A DNA stretch of 64,000 nucleotides from NCBI GenBank assembly GCA_035402805.1, contig DAONDY010000002.1:229111-293110 (forward strand). Direction: 5' to 3'. Under the pieces are notes generated by a model. That model ran no database searches. It saw nothing but the letters and a program-made list of their open reading frames with translations, and was not told where the DNA came from. Each line of letters starts with the position of its first letter. Position 1 is the first letter of the stretch. Origin of the DNA: Candidatus Woesebacteria bacterium (GTDB lineage: Bacteria; Patescibacteriota; Microgenomatia; UBA12405). The position numbers and the translations under genes were made by a program. Below are positions 37,298-50,033 of the stretch, one piece after another.

Positions 37298-39943
37298 TTA
37301 TTTCGTTTTATTTTCAGCTTCTGATTCAGGATCATTCTTGTCAAGAATAGTCATGGCGTTCAATTTATCATCAGTTGATTTAAAACGCATAAGGATAACA
37401 CCTTTAGTATTGCGGCTAAGAGTAGGGATATTTTTTAAAGGTAGTTTAATGGTTATGGCTTTTTTGGAAACTAAGACAACTTGGTCGTTAATTTCAGAAA
37501 CGACTTGGGCGGCGGCAATTTTACCGGTTTTAGTACTTAGGTTAGCCACCTTAATGCCAATACCACCTCGTTTTTGTGACGGATAGAGATAAACATCAGT
37601 TCGCTTTCCGACACCATTTTCTGTGACCACTAGGAGATGTCTAAAGGTTCCTTTTTCCTTTTTATCAAGACCAGTGGGAACAACATCCATACCGACTAAA
37701 GTGTCGTTTTCTTTTAAGAGAATTCCACGGACACCTCGGGTTTGTCGGCCCATAGGTCGGCAATCTTTTTCATCGAAGCGAATGCATTTACCATTGGCAG
37801 TAACTAAAAATATATGATTATTACCTTCGGTTAACTTAGCCCAAATAAGCTGATCGTTAAGATCTAGTTTTATTGAAGCTAACCCGGTTTGGCGAATATT
37901 TTTGAATTTATCAATTGAAGTCTTTTTAACGACTCCGTTTTTAGTAGCAAGTAAAATAAATTTAGCTTTAGTGTTTTTACCAATAGGTAAAACTGTTTGA
38001 ACGGTTTCACCTTGAACAATATTAATTAAATTAATCACAGCTTGACCTTTACCTTGTCGTGATCCTTCTTGGATATCCCAAACTTTAGTTCTGAAAACAC
38101 GACCACGATTGGTAAAGAATAATAAATCGTCGTGAGTATCCACTGAAAGCATACATTCAATTTCATCCTCTTGCTTAGTGGTCATACCAACAACGCCGAC
38201 TCCTCCACGTTTTTGAGTGTGATAAGTTTCTTTGGCAACTCTTTTAATATAACCAGTTTTGGTTAAAGCAATTAAAACTTCTTCGTTGGGTATTAGGTCT
38301 TCTTCACTAAATTCTTCCAATCCACGGGCATAAATTTTGGTTTTTCGGACGTCACCATATTTTTCCATGATTTCTTTATTTTCTTGCTTAAGAACACTGA
38401 TCATAACTTCTGGTTTGGTAATAATGCTGGTTAAATAGGCAATAGTTTTTTCAATTTCATTATATTCTTCATCAAGTTTTTGTCTTTCAAGTCCAGAAAG
38501 CTTTTTAAGCTGCATTTCCAAAATGGCTTGAGCTTGGAGATCGGTGAATCCAAACTTTTCCATTAATTTAATTTTTGGATCTTCATCTGGTTTAGTGCCA
38601 CGAATAGTTTTAATGACTTCATCAATAACATCGAGAGCTTTTTTGAGACCTTCCAAAATGTGGGCTCGCATTAAATCGCCTTTTAGGTCAAAAATGGTTC
38701 GGCGACGAACAACATTTTCTCGGTGGCGCAAGAAAAGGAGTAACATTTGGCGGAGGTTTAAGGTTTGGGGAACATTATCAACTAATGCCAACATATTGGC
38801 AGAATATGATGATTGAAGAGAGGTATATTTGAAAAGCTTATTTAGAACAGATTTGGGTTTACCGATTTTTTTAATTTCAACAACAATGCGAATACCATGA
38901 CGGTCTGATTCATCACGAAGATCAGAAATGCCAATAATTTTTTTATCGTGAACTAAGTCAGCAATTTTTTTAACTAATTCAGCTTTGTTAACCTGATATG
39001 GAAGTTCAGTAATAATAATTCTTACCTTGCCGGATTTAGTTTCCTCGATGTTAGTTTTACCGCGGACAATAAATTTACCTCGGCCGGTGGTATACATTTC
39101 AGTAATTCCACTTTTTCCGTAAATTTCGGCAGCAGTTGGAAAATCTGGTCCTTGGACAAATTTTATTAGATCTTCAACGTTGGCTGTAGTCTCAAAATTA
39201 AAATGTTCTTTAGATAATTCGTAAGCTGGTCTTAAAACCATTTCTTGAGTGTTTTTAGGTGAAGCTAAGAGATTATTTAATTCACTTTCTGAATTAATTC
39301 TTTCTAGTCGGCTATGATCCAAAATAAAATCAATGGCTTGGCAAATTTCTTTTAGATTATGGGGAGGAATACGAGTGGCCATACCGACAGCAATACCGTC
39401 AGCACCATTTAAAAGCAATGTAGGAATTCTAGTTGGAAGAACGGATGGTTCTTTTTCGGTGGCATCGAAATTGTCGATCATATCAACGGTTTCTTTGTTT
39501 ATATCAGCAACAATTTCAGTGGTGATTTTATCCATTTTAACTTCGGTGTAACGCATAGCGGCCGGAGGGTCGCCATCGATAGAACCAAAATTTCCTTGAC
39601 CTTTGATTAAGGTATAACGCATAGAAAAATCTTGAGCTAAACGAACCAGAGCACCATAGACAGACATATCACCATGAGGATGATATTTACCTAAAACATC
39701 ACCAACAACTTTTGCCGATTTACAGGTTTTTCCACCGCTTCCTAAACCCATTTTATCCATGCCAAAAATTATACGGCGGTGAACTGGTTTAAGACCATCT
39801 CGAACATCAGGCAAAGCTCTGGCGACAATGACCGACATAGCGTAATCCAAATAGGATGTTTCCATTTCTGGAACTATGTCAACTTCTATAAGTTTGCCAA
39901 TATTATTTTTTTGAATATCAATGATTTTATTTTCGTCAGCCAT
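37298..39943 (-). CDS. gyrA: DNA gyrase subunit A
   Basis: [36 protein letters not shown], GyrA-box QKRGGVG, C-terminal pinwheel. Confidence 0.97.
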   Translation of the reverse strand: MADENKIIDIQKNNIGKLIEVDIVPEMETSYLDYAMSVIVARALPDVRDGLKPVHRRIIFGMDKMGLGSGGKTCKSAKVVGDVLGKYHPHGDMSVYGALVRLAQDFSMRYTLIKGQGNFGSIDGDPPAAMRYTEVKMDKITTEIVADINKETVDMIDNFDATEKEPSVLPTRIPTLLLNGADGIAVGMATRIPPHNLKEICQAIDFILDHSRLERINSESELNNLLASPKNTQEMVLRPAYELSKEHFNFETTANVEDLIKFVQGPDFPTAAEIYGKSGITEMYTTGRGKFIVRGKTNIEETKSGKVRIIITELPYQVNKAELVKKIADLVHDKKIIGISDLRDESDRHGIRIVVEIKKIGKPKSVLNKLFKYTSLQSSYSANMLALVDNVPQTLNLRQMLLLFLRHRENVVRRRTIFDLKGDLMRAHILEGLKKALDVIDEVIKTIRGTKPDEDPKIKLMEKFGFTDLQAQAILEMQLKKLSGLERQKLDEEYNEIEKTIAYLTSIITKPEVMISVLKQENKEIMEKYGDVRKTKIYARGLEEFSEEDLIPNEEVLIALTKTGYIKRVAKETYHTQKRGGVGVVGMTTKQEDEIECMLSVDTHDDLLFFTNRGRVFRTKVWDIQEGSRQGKGQAVINLINIVQGETVQTVLPIGKNTKAKFILLATKNGVVKKTSIDKFKNIRQTGLASIKLDLNDQLIWAKLTEGNNHIFLVTANGKCIRFDEKDCRPMGRQTRGVRGILLKENDTLVGMDVVPTGLDKKEKGTFRHLLVVTENGVGKRTDVYLYPSQKRGGIGIKVANLSTKTGKIAAAQVVSEINDQVVLVSKKAITIKLPLKNIPTLSRNTKGVILMRFKSTDDKLNAMTILDKNDPESEAENKTK

Positions 39944-39951
39944 ATTTTAAA

Positions 39952-41898
<1,947 letters not shown>

Positions 41899-41942
41899 TC
41901 AATTCTAGCAGAGAAAAACAGCTTTACAATAAGCAAATAATA

Positions 41943-41989
41943 CGTATCTTTAGGGTAAAATTACTATATATAAAATGCCTAAAATTAGG
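41943..41989. promoter_or_regulatory. Two CCTA-N4-TAGG-type boxes upstream of the gyrB promoter
   Basis: CGTATCTTTAGG (41943-41954; rc CCTAAAGATACG) and AAAATG-CCTAAAATTAGG-CATTTT (core 41978-41989; could also act as a terminator). Confidence 0.5.
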
Positions 41990-42527
41990 CATTTTTTGAT
42001 GTTGATTTAGAAATAACATCAAAACTGATAATTGAAGTAGCAACTAAAACATTCATGGAAATATTTATCCCAAACATAGGGATTTCTACAACTTTATCAA
42101 CTAACTTTAAAACTTCTTTTGAGATTCCAAAAGATTCACTACCGGCAATTATGGCAACGGGAAATTTATATTTAGCTTTTAGATAATTAACACTATCCTT
42201 GGTTTGTTCACAAGCAACAATTTGATAGCCATTTTTTTTAAGTTGTTGAATGCAATCCTTAGTATTTTGGCATTGTTCCCAGGGAACCCATTTCCAGGTA
42301 CCAATTGAGGCTCGATGAATTTTAATGTTGGGAGGAGTGACAACTGGTCCACAAAGATAAATTTTTTTGACGGCCAAAGCATCGGCTAATCTAAAAAAGG
42401 AACCAATGTTATAAGTATCTAAAACATTGTCTAATACTAAAACAATTGGGTTACGTTTAATTTCTTTTTGTAATTTTTGTGATTCCCCTATTCTTGATTT
42501 GCGGATTTGGTGAGAATTTAATTTCAT
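41985..42527 (-). CDS. TrmH/SpoU family RNA methyltransferase
   Basis: LDNV...YNIGSFFR, GSESFGIS, EIPMFG...SMNV. Confidence 0.92.
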   Translation of the reverse strand: MKLNSHQIRKSRIGESQKLQKEIKRNPIVLVLDNVLDTYNIGSFFRLADALAVKKIYLCGPVVTPPNIKIHRASIGTWKWVPWEQCQNTKDCIQQLKKNGYQIVACEQTKDSVNYLKAKYKFPVAIIAGSESFGISKEVLKLVDKVVEIPMFGINISMNVLVATSIISFDVISKSTSKNA

Positions 42528-42554
42528 AGGTAGATTTTATGGCTAAATTATAAC

Positions 42555-42585
42555 AAAAAACCCTCCAAAAAATTGGAGGGTTTTT
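42555..42585 (-). terminator. Intrinsic (bidirectional-type) terminator
   Basis: AAAAAA-CCCTCCAA-N4-TTGGAGGG-TTTTT. Confidence 0.85.
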
Positions 42586-42601
42586 AAATTATAAAGTTGT
42601 G

Positions 42602-43624
42602 TTAGCAACCACCATTAGCATCGGCTTGTTGACCAGATTCAGCAGCAGGATCGATTAAAACAGTTTTGCATTCTTTTGGAGCTTTATTAAAGGCACTGCA
42701 AAGAGCTTCTTTAATAACATCTGGAGTTCTAACTTGGCTTAAACTGAAAACTTTTTTACCAATTTTGAGATTTTGGTCAGTTGAGGCAGAATCAACTTCT
42801 GGAGGGAAAACCTGTTCGCCAATCATTAAAGAAGGTGAACCCTGAATTTTATTTTTAGTAGTATCAGCGATTTCCTTTTCGATTAAACTGGCGGCGTCAT
42901 TATTAAAACATTCAGTGATTTTATTAGTATCTAAACCAGCCTTCTTAGCTTGTTCTTCCCAACAAGTGTCGGCGTTGGTGGAGCTACAATTATTATTGAC
43001 ATTTTCAACAAAATTCCACCAAAGCTTTTTGTCTTCAACTAAATTATAAGCACATATTTCTCTAACATCTTGGTTGGCTTCAACTCGACCATGGAGGGAT
43101 GAATAAAGATTGTTGCCTATTTTTAGATATTTACTTTCATCATTACAATTTCTGACCATGGTGGCAATTTGATTTTGACAATCAGCTTTATCTTTGAGTT
43201 GACCACCGCTGTTTTTAACGTAGGTGTCACATTGAGCTGGGTCTGGATTATTATTTTTACAATAAGTAGCTAGGTTGCCTTCAATTTTGTCAAATATATA
43301 TCTAGGTCTGAGTTCTACTTTATTACCAAGAAGATCAAAAACTGGTCTAAGAATAGTTTCCATTTGGTTGCCATATGGACAAAAACTCATGACATAGAAA
43401 TCTAGTACAGGCTTATTACTTTTGGCGGCAGTAAAAACATTTTGGGAAGTCAATTTAGTATTTGAAGTGCTTCCATTCTTTTTAATTTTTATCCAAGCGG
43501 CACCAGCAAAAAATGAAGAGGTAGCAAGTAGTAATGAAAAAACAATGGTTCCAACCAAAGGAATTTTTACATAATTATTAGTGCTTTCTTTTAAGATCTT
43601 TTTAGTGATTATTTTTTTTGGCAT
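42602..43624 (-). CDS. Membrane-anchored DsbA/thioredoxin-fold protein with CPYG site
   Basis: TM, FYVMSFCPYG, SLHG..E, IQGSPSL (cis-Pro), many extra Cys. Confidence 0.75.
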   Translation of the reverse strand: MPKKIITKKILKESTNNYVKIPLVGTIVFSLLLATSSFFAGAAWIKIKKNGSTSNTKLTSQNVFTAAKSNKPVLDFYVMSFCPYGNQMETILRPVFDLLGNKVELRPRYIFDKIEGNLATYCKNNNPDPAQCDTYVKNSGGQLKDKADCQNQIATMVRNCNDESKYLKIGNNLYSSLHGRVEANQDVREICAYNLVEDKKLWWNFVENVNNNCSSTNADTCWEEQAKKAGLDTNKITECFNNDAASLIEKEIADTTKNKIQGSPSLMIGEQVFPPEVDSASTDQNLKIGKKVFSLSQVRTPDVIKEALCSAFNKAPKECKTVLIDPAAESGQQADANGGC

Positions 43625-43639
43625 TATTTTTTTAAATTA

Positions 43640-43834
43640 TTAATTTTGTTCAACACTAATGGCCCCAACTGGACAAGCGTCAACGGCTGATTTGACAGCA
43701 TCATTGATTTCTTTCGGTTGTTTTTTTACCTTAGCTTTATAGATAGTAGTATCCATTTCGAAATGGTCTGGATCCATCATGGGACAAGTATTACAACCGA
43801 TGCATTTATTTTGATCAAGTATTATTTTAGACAT
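43640..43834 (-). CDS. Single-cluster ferredoxin
   Basis: CIGCNTC...CPVGAI. Confidence 0.9.
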   Translation of the reverse strand: MSKIILDQNKCIGCNTCPMMDPDHFEMDTTIYKAKVKKQPKEINDAVKSAVDACPVGAISVEQN

Positions 43835-43896
43835 GCTTTTATATTACTTGATTTAGTTTCTATGTCAATATCATTTACTTGATATAATAAGATTCT

Positions 43897-44886
43897 ATGG
43901 AAATTAAGTCTCAAATTAATAATTTAAAGAACCATCGGATTTTTTTGGAAGTAAAAAGACTAATTGGAGTTTTTTTACAAAAAGAAGGTTTTCAAGAAGT
44001 AGATACTCCCCTTCTTTCCCCTAAATTAATCCCAGAATCCTATTTAGAAATTTTTGAGACAGAGAATTTGTATTCTGATAAAAAGGAAAAACTCTATTTA
44101 ATTCCATCACCGGAATTGTTTTTAAAAAGATTAATAGTTGATGAAATTGGTGATTGTTATGCTTTGGTAAAATCTTTTAGAAATAATGAGCCGGTAGAAA
44201 AAAAACATTCATATGAATTTACAATGTTGGAATTTTATAGGTTGAAGGCTGATTATTTTGATATTGCCGAAGATGTCATGAATTTAATTCGATTTATATC
44301 CAAAAATTTATATGGCCAAGAAAAAATTAAATATCAGAACAAAACTATTGATCTAGAAAAATTTGAAAAAATAACAGTGGCTGAGGCTTTTAAAAAATAT
44401 GCAGGGATAACTGATATTTTTAATCATAAAGTATTTTTTGAGCAGGCAAAAGAAAAAGGTTATCGGGTGAAAAATATGGATTATGTTGATGTATGGTCAC
44501 AAATTTATGGAATAGAAATAGAAAAAAAATTAGGGAAAAATGGTTTAGTAACTTTTATCTATGAATACCCGCCTGAATTAGCAGCAATTACTAAAATAAA
44601 CGAAAGAAATATTGCTGAGAGATTTGAATTTTATATTGAAGGAATTGAATTGGGTAATTGTGGTAATGAAGGAGTAATTATCAAAGAATATCGAGAAAGG
44701 TTCTATAAAGACATTGATATTCGTAAAAAGTTAGGATTAATAGATTACAAATCTGATGATGATTTTATTAAAATTTTGGAAAAACTGCCAAAATGTAGCG
44801 GAATTGCGATCGGTGTAGACAGATTGGCGATGATTTTTGCTGGTGTAAAAAGCATTAATGAATTAAAGTTAATTTCGATTGAGTAA
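43897..44886 (+). CDS. epmA: EF-P lysine aminoacylase EpmA/GenX-like
   Basis: LysRS catalytic core without anticodon domain: EVDTP, SPELFLKRL, FRNNE, EFTMLEFY, ERFE, GIAIGVDRL. Confidence 0.88.
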   Translation: MEIKSQINNLKNHRIFLEVKRLIGVFLQKEGFQEVDTPLLSPKLIPESYLEIFETENLYSDKKEKLYLIPSPELFLKRLIVDEIGDCYALVKSFRNNEPVEKKHSYEFTMLEFYRLKADYFDIAEDVMNLIRFISKNLYGQEKIKYQNKTIDLEKFEKITVAEAFKKYAGITDIFNHKVFFEQAKEKGYRVKNMDYVDVWSQIYGIEIEKKLGKNGLVTFIYEYPPELAAITKINERNIAERFEFYIEGIELGNCGNEGVIIKEYRERFYKDIDIRKKLGLIDYKSDDDFIKILEKLPKCSGIAIGVDRLAMIFAGVKSINELKLISIE

Positions 44887-44887
44887 T

Positions 44888-45700
44888 ATGAAAGATATTT
44901 TTTTTGAAGATAAAATTACGCCAGTAAAAGGTTTGATTAGAAGATACCAAAAAAGAGTTTTAATTGAGTTGACAATGAAGTGTCCGGTGGAGTGTGAGTT
45001 TTGCTTTAGAAAATGGAAAAAAGAAGAAAAAAGACAAACTTTAACTAAAGAAGAAGCAAATAAAATCGTTGAATATATTTCTAAACATAAAGAAATTACA
45101 GAAGTAATTTTTTCTGGCGGTGAGCCTTTAATGGTAGTTGATTTAATGGGTTTTTTAATTGAAAAATTAAAAAAATTAGATCAAATAAAAATTTTTAGAA
45201 TTCATACCCGAGCGGTGGTCACTTCTCCGGTATTGGTTTCAGAAAAACTTCTAAAAATTTTAAAACAAAAATATAAACAAATAATTTATCTTTCTATTCA
45301 TATTAATAGCGATAAAGAATTAAATTCAGAAGTAGAGTCAGCTATTAGAAAGATAAGAGAAACAGGCGTAATTTTATACTCCCAATCGGTTTTTTTAAAA
45401 GGAATTAATGATTCTGTGGAAGTTTTAAAAAAACTTTTTTCCAGATTAGTGGAGATAGGAGTAAGACCGTACAATATTTATCAATGTAATAAAATTGAAG
45501 GTATAGAGAAATTTATTGTACCTTTTGAAAAAGAAGTAAAAATAATGACGGAATTAAGAAAAACACTTTCCGGATTAGCTTGCCCAACTTTGATTTTTGA
45601 TGTTCCAGTTAATGCCAATAAAATTCCGGTACCGTTAAATTTTTGGGAAAGTAAAAAGACAATAATAGATTTTAATGGAAAGAGGTTTTCGATCGATTAA
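44888..45700 (+). CDS. epmB: KamA/EpmB-family radical SAM lysine 2,3-aminomutase (short)
   Basis: CPVECEFCFR, SGGEPL, RIHTR, QSVFLKGINDS, SGLACP; coupled to epmA. Confidence 0.85.
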   Translation: MKDIFFEDKITPVKGLIRRYQKRVLIELTMKCPVECEFCFRKWKKEEKRQTLTKEEANKIVEYISKHKEITEVIFSGGEPLMVVDLMGFLIEKLKKLDQIKIFRIHTRAVVTSPVLVSEKLLKILKQKYKQIIYLSIHINSDKELNSEVESAIRKIRETGVILYSQSVFLKGINDSVEVLKKLFSRLVEIGVRPYNIYQCNKIEGIEKFIVPFEKEVKIMTELRKTLSGLACPTLIFDVPVNANKIPVPLNFWESKKTIIDFNGKRFSID

Positions 45701-46193
45701 TAATGTCCTGATTTTTAATCAGAAATTCACCGGCTTTGATTATAGCTTTTAATAATAGGTCAATTCTATCCTCTGCTTCGTTTCGGGATAAGTTTTGAGA
45801 GGTTCCAGGAAAATAATGAAAAATTTCATTGCGCCCAAATTTCCAAGCATTCCAAAGGTTTTCGGCTAATTCTTCACCGTTTTCATGAATGTCGGATAGT
45901 TTTTGAAAAACAGAAAATCTTTTATAACGGAGCGATGGGTTTAAAGTTTTGCCGACACGAAAGCGATCACTTTCATAATCATTATCAGAGATTATTCCTA
46001 TTTTAAGGAAAAAATCTTTTAAAAATCCTTCGTAGGCTTTAGAAATTGGAGCCACAAAAAAAGCATAATCGTAAATATGATCATCAGTGTTTATTTTTTG
46101 AATAATGGTTTGAACATCATTTAATAAATTTTGCTGGTGTGGCGTTAAAAACTTTTTAGCATCGTCAAAAAGTTGGGGTGATGACATGATCAT
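45672..46193 (-). CDS. Stand-alone HEPN-domain protein (RNase LS/RnlA C-terminal-like)
   Basis: DYA...P..KAYEGFLK and RNEIFH (Rx4H) motifs. Confidence 0.7.
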   Translation of the reverse strand: MIMSSPQLFDDAKKFLTPHQQNLLNDVQTIIQKINTDDHIYDYAFFVAPISKAYEGFLKDFFLKIGIISDNDYESDRFRVGKTLNPSLRYKRFSVFQKLSDIHENGEELAENLWNAWKFGRNEIFHYFPGTSQNLSRNEAEDRIDLLLKAIIKAGEFLIKNQDIINRSKTSFH

Positions 46194-46752
46194 GTTTTAG
46201 ATTTTACAAGAAGAAAAAGAAATATAAAGAAGAAAAGACTGAAAATTATTAGATATTTTTTTAAATATTTAAGAGGAATCTGTTTATCTTCCCTGGCGAA
46301 GAGCCAATTTTGAAGAAATTTGGGATTATTAAAATAATCTGTAATTTCATCAATTAATAGATGTAAATTTACAGCTAAAAGAAAGGAAAGAATGAGAGTA
46401 TTTGTATAAGAAATAAAGATAAAGAAAGAAATTAAGTTAAGACTAATTTGAAAAAATAATGATGAAAAATTAAATTATCGTGACTGTGTCTAGCTACTCT
46501 GACTAATTTATAAATAGATTTAAAATCTTTATTCTCAATTGTAGTTTTAACTATTCGGCTTTCGTCAGTGTTAGGTTTTCGATAAAACCAATAGATAAAA
46601 TAATCAATGTCAAGGAAAAGAGTTCCTAAAAACAGGCCAATAAAAAGATGAAAAATTTCAAGATTGGAGACTCCAAATATAACCCAAAAAAGGGAAACTA
46701 TTGTAAAAACAATAAAAGTTGGCAATAAATGAAGGACTAATTCACGTTTCAC
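46190..46752 (-). pseudogene. Frameshifted membrane protein (metal-dependent hydrolase-like)
   Basis: ORF 46432-46752 continues in the -1 frame after T6 (46451-46456) as QISLNLISFF...NLHLLIDE...WLFAR...SKT*, stop overlapping next ATG; ~187 aa if restored. Confidence 0.8.
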
Positions 46753-46774
46753 TAATTAATAATAGCAGATTGAA

Positions 46775-47998
46775 TTATTCGTATCGGAGAGCTTCAATAG
46801 GAGAAAGTTTTGAAGCTTTACGGGCTGGAGCAACACCAAAAATTATACCAACGGCAGAAGAAACAGCAAAAGCTAATATAACGGAAGAAATAGTGATTTC
46901 AGCTGGAAAGAAACTATTAATAGCTAGAGCCCCAAGACTTCCCAAAATTACACCAACTAATCCGCCAAAACAAGAAAGAATGATGGCTTCTATTAAGAAT
47001 TGAATAAGAATAGCTCGAGGATAGGCGCCAATAGCTTTGCGAAGACCAATCTCTCTGGTTCTTTCTGTAACCGAAACTAACATAATATTCATGATACCGA
47101 CTCCACCGACAATTAAGGAAATAGCCGCAATACCGGTTAAAGCGATAGTTAAAACACTAATGATGGAATTAATAGAAGTTAAAAGCTGTGAACTATCAAA
47201 AACAGAAAAAGCGTCGGAATCGTATTTTTCTAACATAATTTTAGTGATGCTTTTTTTGGTGTCATTAATTAAATCTTTGTTGGGAGCCCTGACAACAAAA
47301 GTATTAATATTATCATTACCAGCCAAGTCAGAAACAACTGAAAAGGGAGCGTAAACAGCGTCGTCAACACTAGGTCCACCAAAAGAAGCTCCTTTTTGGT
47401 CAACTACACCAATTACCTTTAGGGTTTTACCTTTGATAATAACTTTTTTGCCAATAGCGGTTGATTTTGGAAATAGAGTTTGGGCGATTTTATAACCCAA
47501 AACAACAACCGGAGTTTTTTTATTATCTTCTTCGTTAGTAAACCAGCGGCCATTGCCTTCTGAAGGAACAACATTATTACTTTTTCCGTATTCTTCAGTT
47601 GAACCATCAATTTCTATGCTTTTTTTAATGGCATAAGTTGATTTAACGTCAGCATAAGTAGCATTGACGGGCATAACAACAGTATTTTTAAGTTTTCGAT
47701 CGAGAAGGTTGAGATCTTTTTTGGTAAAAGTAGTGGTCATAGCAGTGGCCATACTGCTTTGAGAAAAACCGCCATTGTCATTAAAAATTTTTCCTGGACT
47801 AATAAAAATTGAATTAGCACCGAGGGCATCAAATTGTTTGGTTACATAACTTTTTAAACCATTACCAATAGAGGTGAGTAAAATAACAGAGGTAACTCCG
47901 ATGATAATTCCCAATGAAGTCAATATAGTTCGGCTTTTATTTTTTAAAATAGATCTAAGACTTGATTTTAGTAAATCTCTAAATGATGGTTTAAGCAT
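46775..47998 (-). CDS. MacB/FtsX-family ABC transporter permease
   Basis: RTILTSLGIIIGV, GGVGIMNIMLVSVTERTREIGLRKAIGA, PARKASKLSPIEALRYE. Confidence 0.95.
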   Translation of the reverse strand: MLKPSFRDLLKSSLRSILKNKSRTILTSLGIIIGVTSVILLTSIGNGLKSYVTKQFDALGANSIFISPGKIFNDNGGFSQSSMATAMTTTFTKKDLNLLDRKLKNTVVMPVNATYADVKSTYAIKKSIEIDGSTEEYGKSNNVVPSEGNGRWFTNEEDNKKTPVVVLGYKIAQTLFPKSTAIGKKVIIKGKTLKVIGVVDQKGASFGGPSVDDAVYAPFSVVSDLAGNDNINTFVVRAPNKDLINDTKKSITKIMLEKYDSDAFSVFDSSQLLTSINSIISVLTIALTGIAAISLIVGGVGIMNIMLVSVTERTREIGLRKAIGAYPRAILIQFLIEAIILSCFGGLVGVILGSLGALAINSFFPAEITISSVILAFAVSSAVGIIFGVAPARKASKLSPIEALRYE

Positions 47999-48713
47999 TT
48001 TTACTCTCCAAAATTTTGCCGTCTTTAATAATAATAGTTCGTTTAGCTTGTTTAGCTAAATCCATATCGTGGGTGACAAAAACAATAGTCCTCCCCTCTT
48101 TTTGGTTTAGCTGATGAAAAAAATTCATAATTTCACTACCGGATTTACTGTCTAAATTACCAGTTGGTTCATCGGCTAGGATTATTTGAGGGTTGTTAAT
48201 TAAGGCTCTGGCGATGGCAACTCGTTGTTGTTGTCCACCTGATAATTGAGCGGGGGTATTTTTAATTTTGTCTAAAAGTCCAACTTTAGTTAACATTTTA
48301 ATTCCCATTTCTTGGCGTTGATGTTTGGGAACATCGGAATAAAGTAGAGGTAGTAAAACATTCTCTAAGGCTGAGGTTTTGGCTAATAAGTTAAATTGTT
48401 GAAAAACAAATCCAAGAGTAACATTTCTAATTTGAGCTAATTGATGTTCTTTAAATTTAGAAATATCTTTTCCATTTAATAAAATTTCTCCAGACGTAGG
48501 GTTATCAAGAAGTCCGACAATGTGCATTAAAGTTGATTTTCCTGAACCTGATGGTCCAGTGATAGAAACAAATTCTCCTTGATGAATTTTAAGACTGACA
48601 TTATCCAGAGCAGTAAAACAATTAGTGCCAGTGAGATAGGTTTTGGTAATGTTTTTTAATTCTAAAATGACTTTAGAATTATTTTTGGATAACGATTTGA
48701 TCATCTTCATCAA
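47991..48713 (-). CDS. MacB/LolD-type ABC ATPase
   Basis: GPSGSGKST, LSGGQQQRVAIARAL, ADEPTGNLD, VTHD. Confidence 0.95.
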   Translation of the reverse strand: MMKMIKSLSKNNSKVILELKNITKTYLTGTNCFTALDNVSLKIHQGEFVSITGPSGSGKSTLMHIVGLLDNPTSGEILLNGKDISKFKEHQLAQIRNVTLGFVFQQFNLLAKTSALENVLLPLLYSDVPKHQRQEMGIKMLTKVGLLDKIKNTPAQLSGGQQQRVAIARALINNPQIILADEPTGNLDSKSGSEIMNFFHQLNQKEGRTIVFVTHDMDLAKQAKRTIIIKDGKILESKNA

Positions 48714-49710
48714 CTCCCTCTAAAATTTCAATTTCAGTGTCGGTTTCGATTCCAGTTTTAATTATTTTTTTAATCAAATTTTTGTTTTGATCAATAGTAT
48801 AAACATAACTTTCATTTATATCTTGGTAAATCGATTCAATTGGTAGAGTTAGAGCGTTCGATACTTGTCTTAGAATAATATCAACATCTCCATCAAGACC
48901 TAAACGATAGTTGGTTTCTTTATTCTCTGAAAGAAGCTTGAATCTAACTTCGTAAACAGTAGAAGTTTGTCCAGAAATTGGCACAAAGGAAATATAAGTA
49001 ATTTCAGAATCAAAAATTTGATCAGGAAAACTATCTATTTTTATTTGGGCTTTATCACCGACTTTAATTTTGACCACATCTTCCTGATCTACCTGTGATT
49101 TAAAATAAATACTTTGAGGGTCAATAATGAAAGCAATACTGTCGGCTGAGGTGATATTGATTCCAGAATTTGGCTGACCAACAGCGACGACGATTCCAGA
49201 AATGGGACTGGAAATATGAGAATATTTTATAGCTAAGTCACTTAACTCGTACTTAGCAACAGAATTATTGAGAGTGTTTTGATTACGTTCAAGAATGCGC
49301 CTAACTTCGGTAGTTAATATAGAGTCTTTATACTGGTCATTGGTGTCGTAAAAATTGGAAGCAGTAGTTTTGTAGTTATTAAAATCAATTTCTAATTGCT
49401 TTTGAAGTTGGTCCTTATTAAGACTGGCAATTGATTGATATTTTTTAACTTTGTCACCAATTTTGACTCCAACCCAAGCTAATTGACCACCGGTTTGAAA
49501 TCTAAGGTCGGCTTTAGTTGAGGCATCAATAGATCCAGCTAAAGTTATTTTTTCAGTTATATCTTTCTTTTGAGCCTTAACGATAGTTTCTTTTTTGGGA
49601 TTAAATTTTTGATCGCTGGGTTTGCTAAAAATTTTAGAAACAACAAATATAACAGCGATTATGATCGTGGCGATTAAAATTTTTTTGAAATGTTTTTTGA
49701 GAAATGACAT
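48679..49710 (-). CDS. MacA-like periplasmic adaptor (RND MFP) subunit
   Basis: TM, VKIGDKVKK, ISSPISG, VDQED, LTLP, EILEGV. Confidence 0.9.
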   Translation of the reverse strand: MSFLKKHFKKILIATIIIAVIFVVSKIFSKPSDQKFNPKKETIVKAQKKDITEKITLAGSIDASTKADLRFQTGGQLAWVGVKIGDKVKKYQSIASLNKDQLQKQLEIDFNNYKTTASNFYDTNDQYKDSILTTEVRRILERNQNTLNNSVAKYELSDLAIKYSHISSPISGIVVAVGQPNSGINITSADSIAFIIDPQSIYFKSQVDQEDVVKIKVGDKAQIKIDSFPDQIFDSEITYISFVPISGQTSTVYEVRFKLLSENKETNYRLGLDGDVDIILRQVSNALTLPIESIYQDINESYVYTIDQNKNLIKKIIKTGIETDTEIEILEGVDEDDQIVIQK

Positions 49711-49739
49711 ATAGGTTGTTATTATACTCCAATTTTAGC

Positions 49740-50033
49740 TTATTTTTGCTCTTTTTTTAATTCTTTTAGCTTCCACATAAAAAGTTTATATGGGGTTCTG
49801 ATGGTGCCTGGGTTTTGATCTTTAACAAAATACCTAGCCTTTTCTAAAATATCTCTGGGAGTATTTTTGGCCAATCGAAGATAAAGAGAGCGATTTTTCC
49901 AATCATCAAGTTCTTTGGCCAAATCTAAACCATAGGATTGGAATTCATTTTTGACATATTTGCCTCTTTTTTCTAGGGTTTCTTTGAATTTAAATAATTG
50001 ATCACCAATAGAAGTGGCGGAATTTTTTATCAT
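49740..50033 (-). CDS. Hypothetical protein
   Basis: 97-aa ORF coupled to upstream gene; EFQ.YG..LA..L, LY.RLAK, LFMWKL. Confidence 0.65.
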   Translation of the reverse strand: MIKNSATSIGDQLFKFKETLEKRGKYVKNEFQSYGLDLAKELDDWKNRSLYLRLAKNTPRDILEKARYFVKDQNPGTIRTPYKLFMWKLKELKKEQK

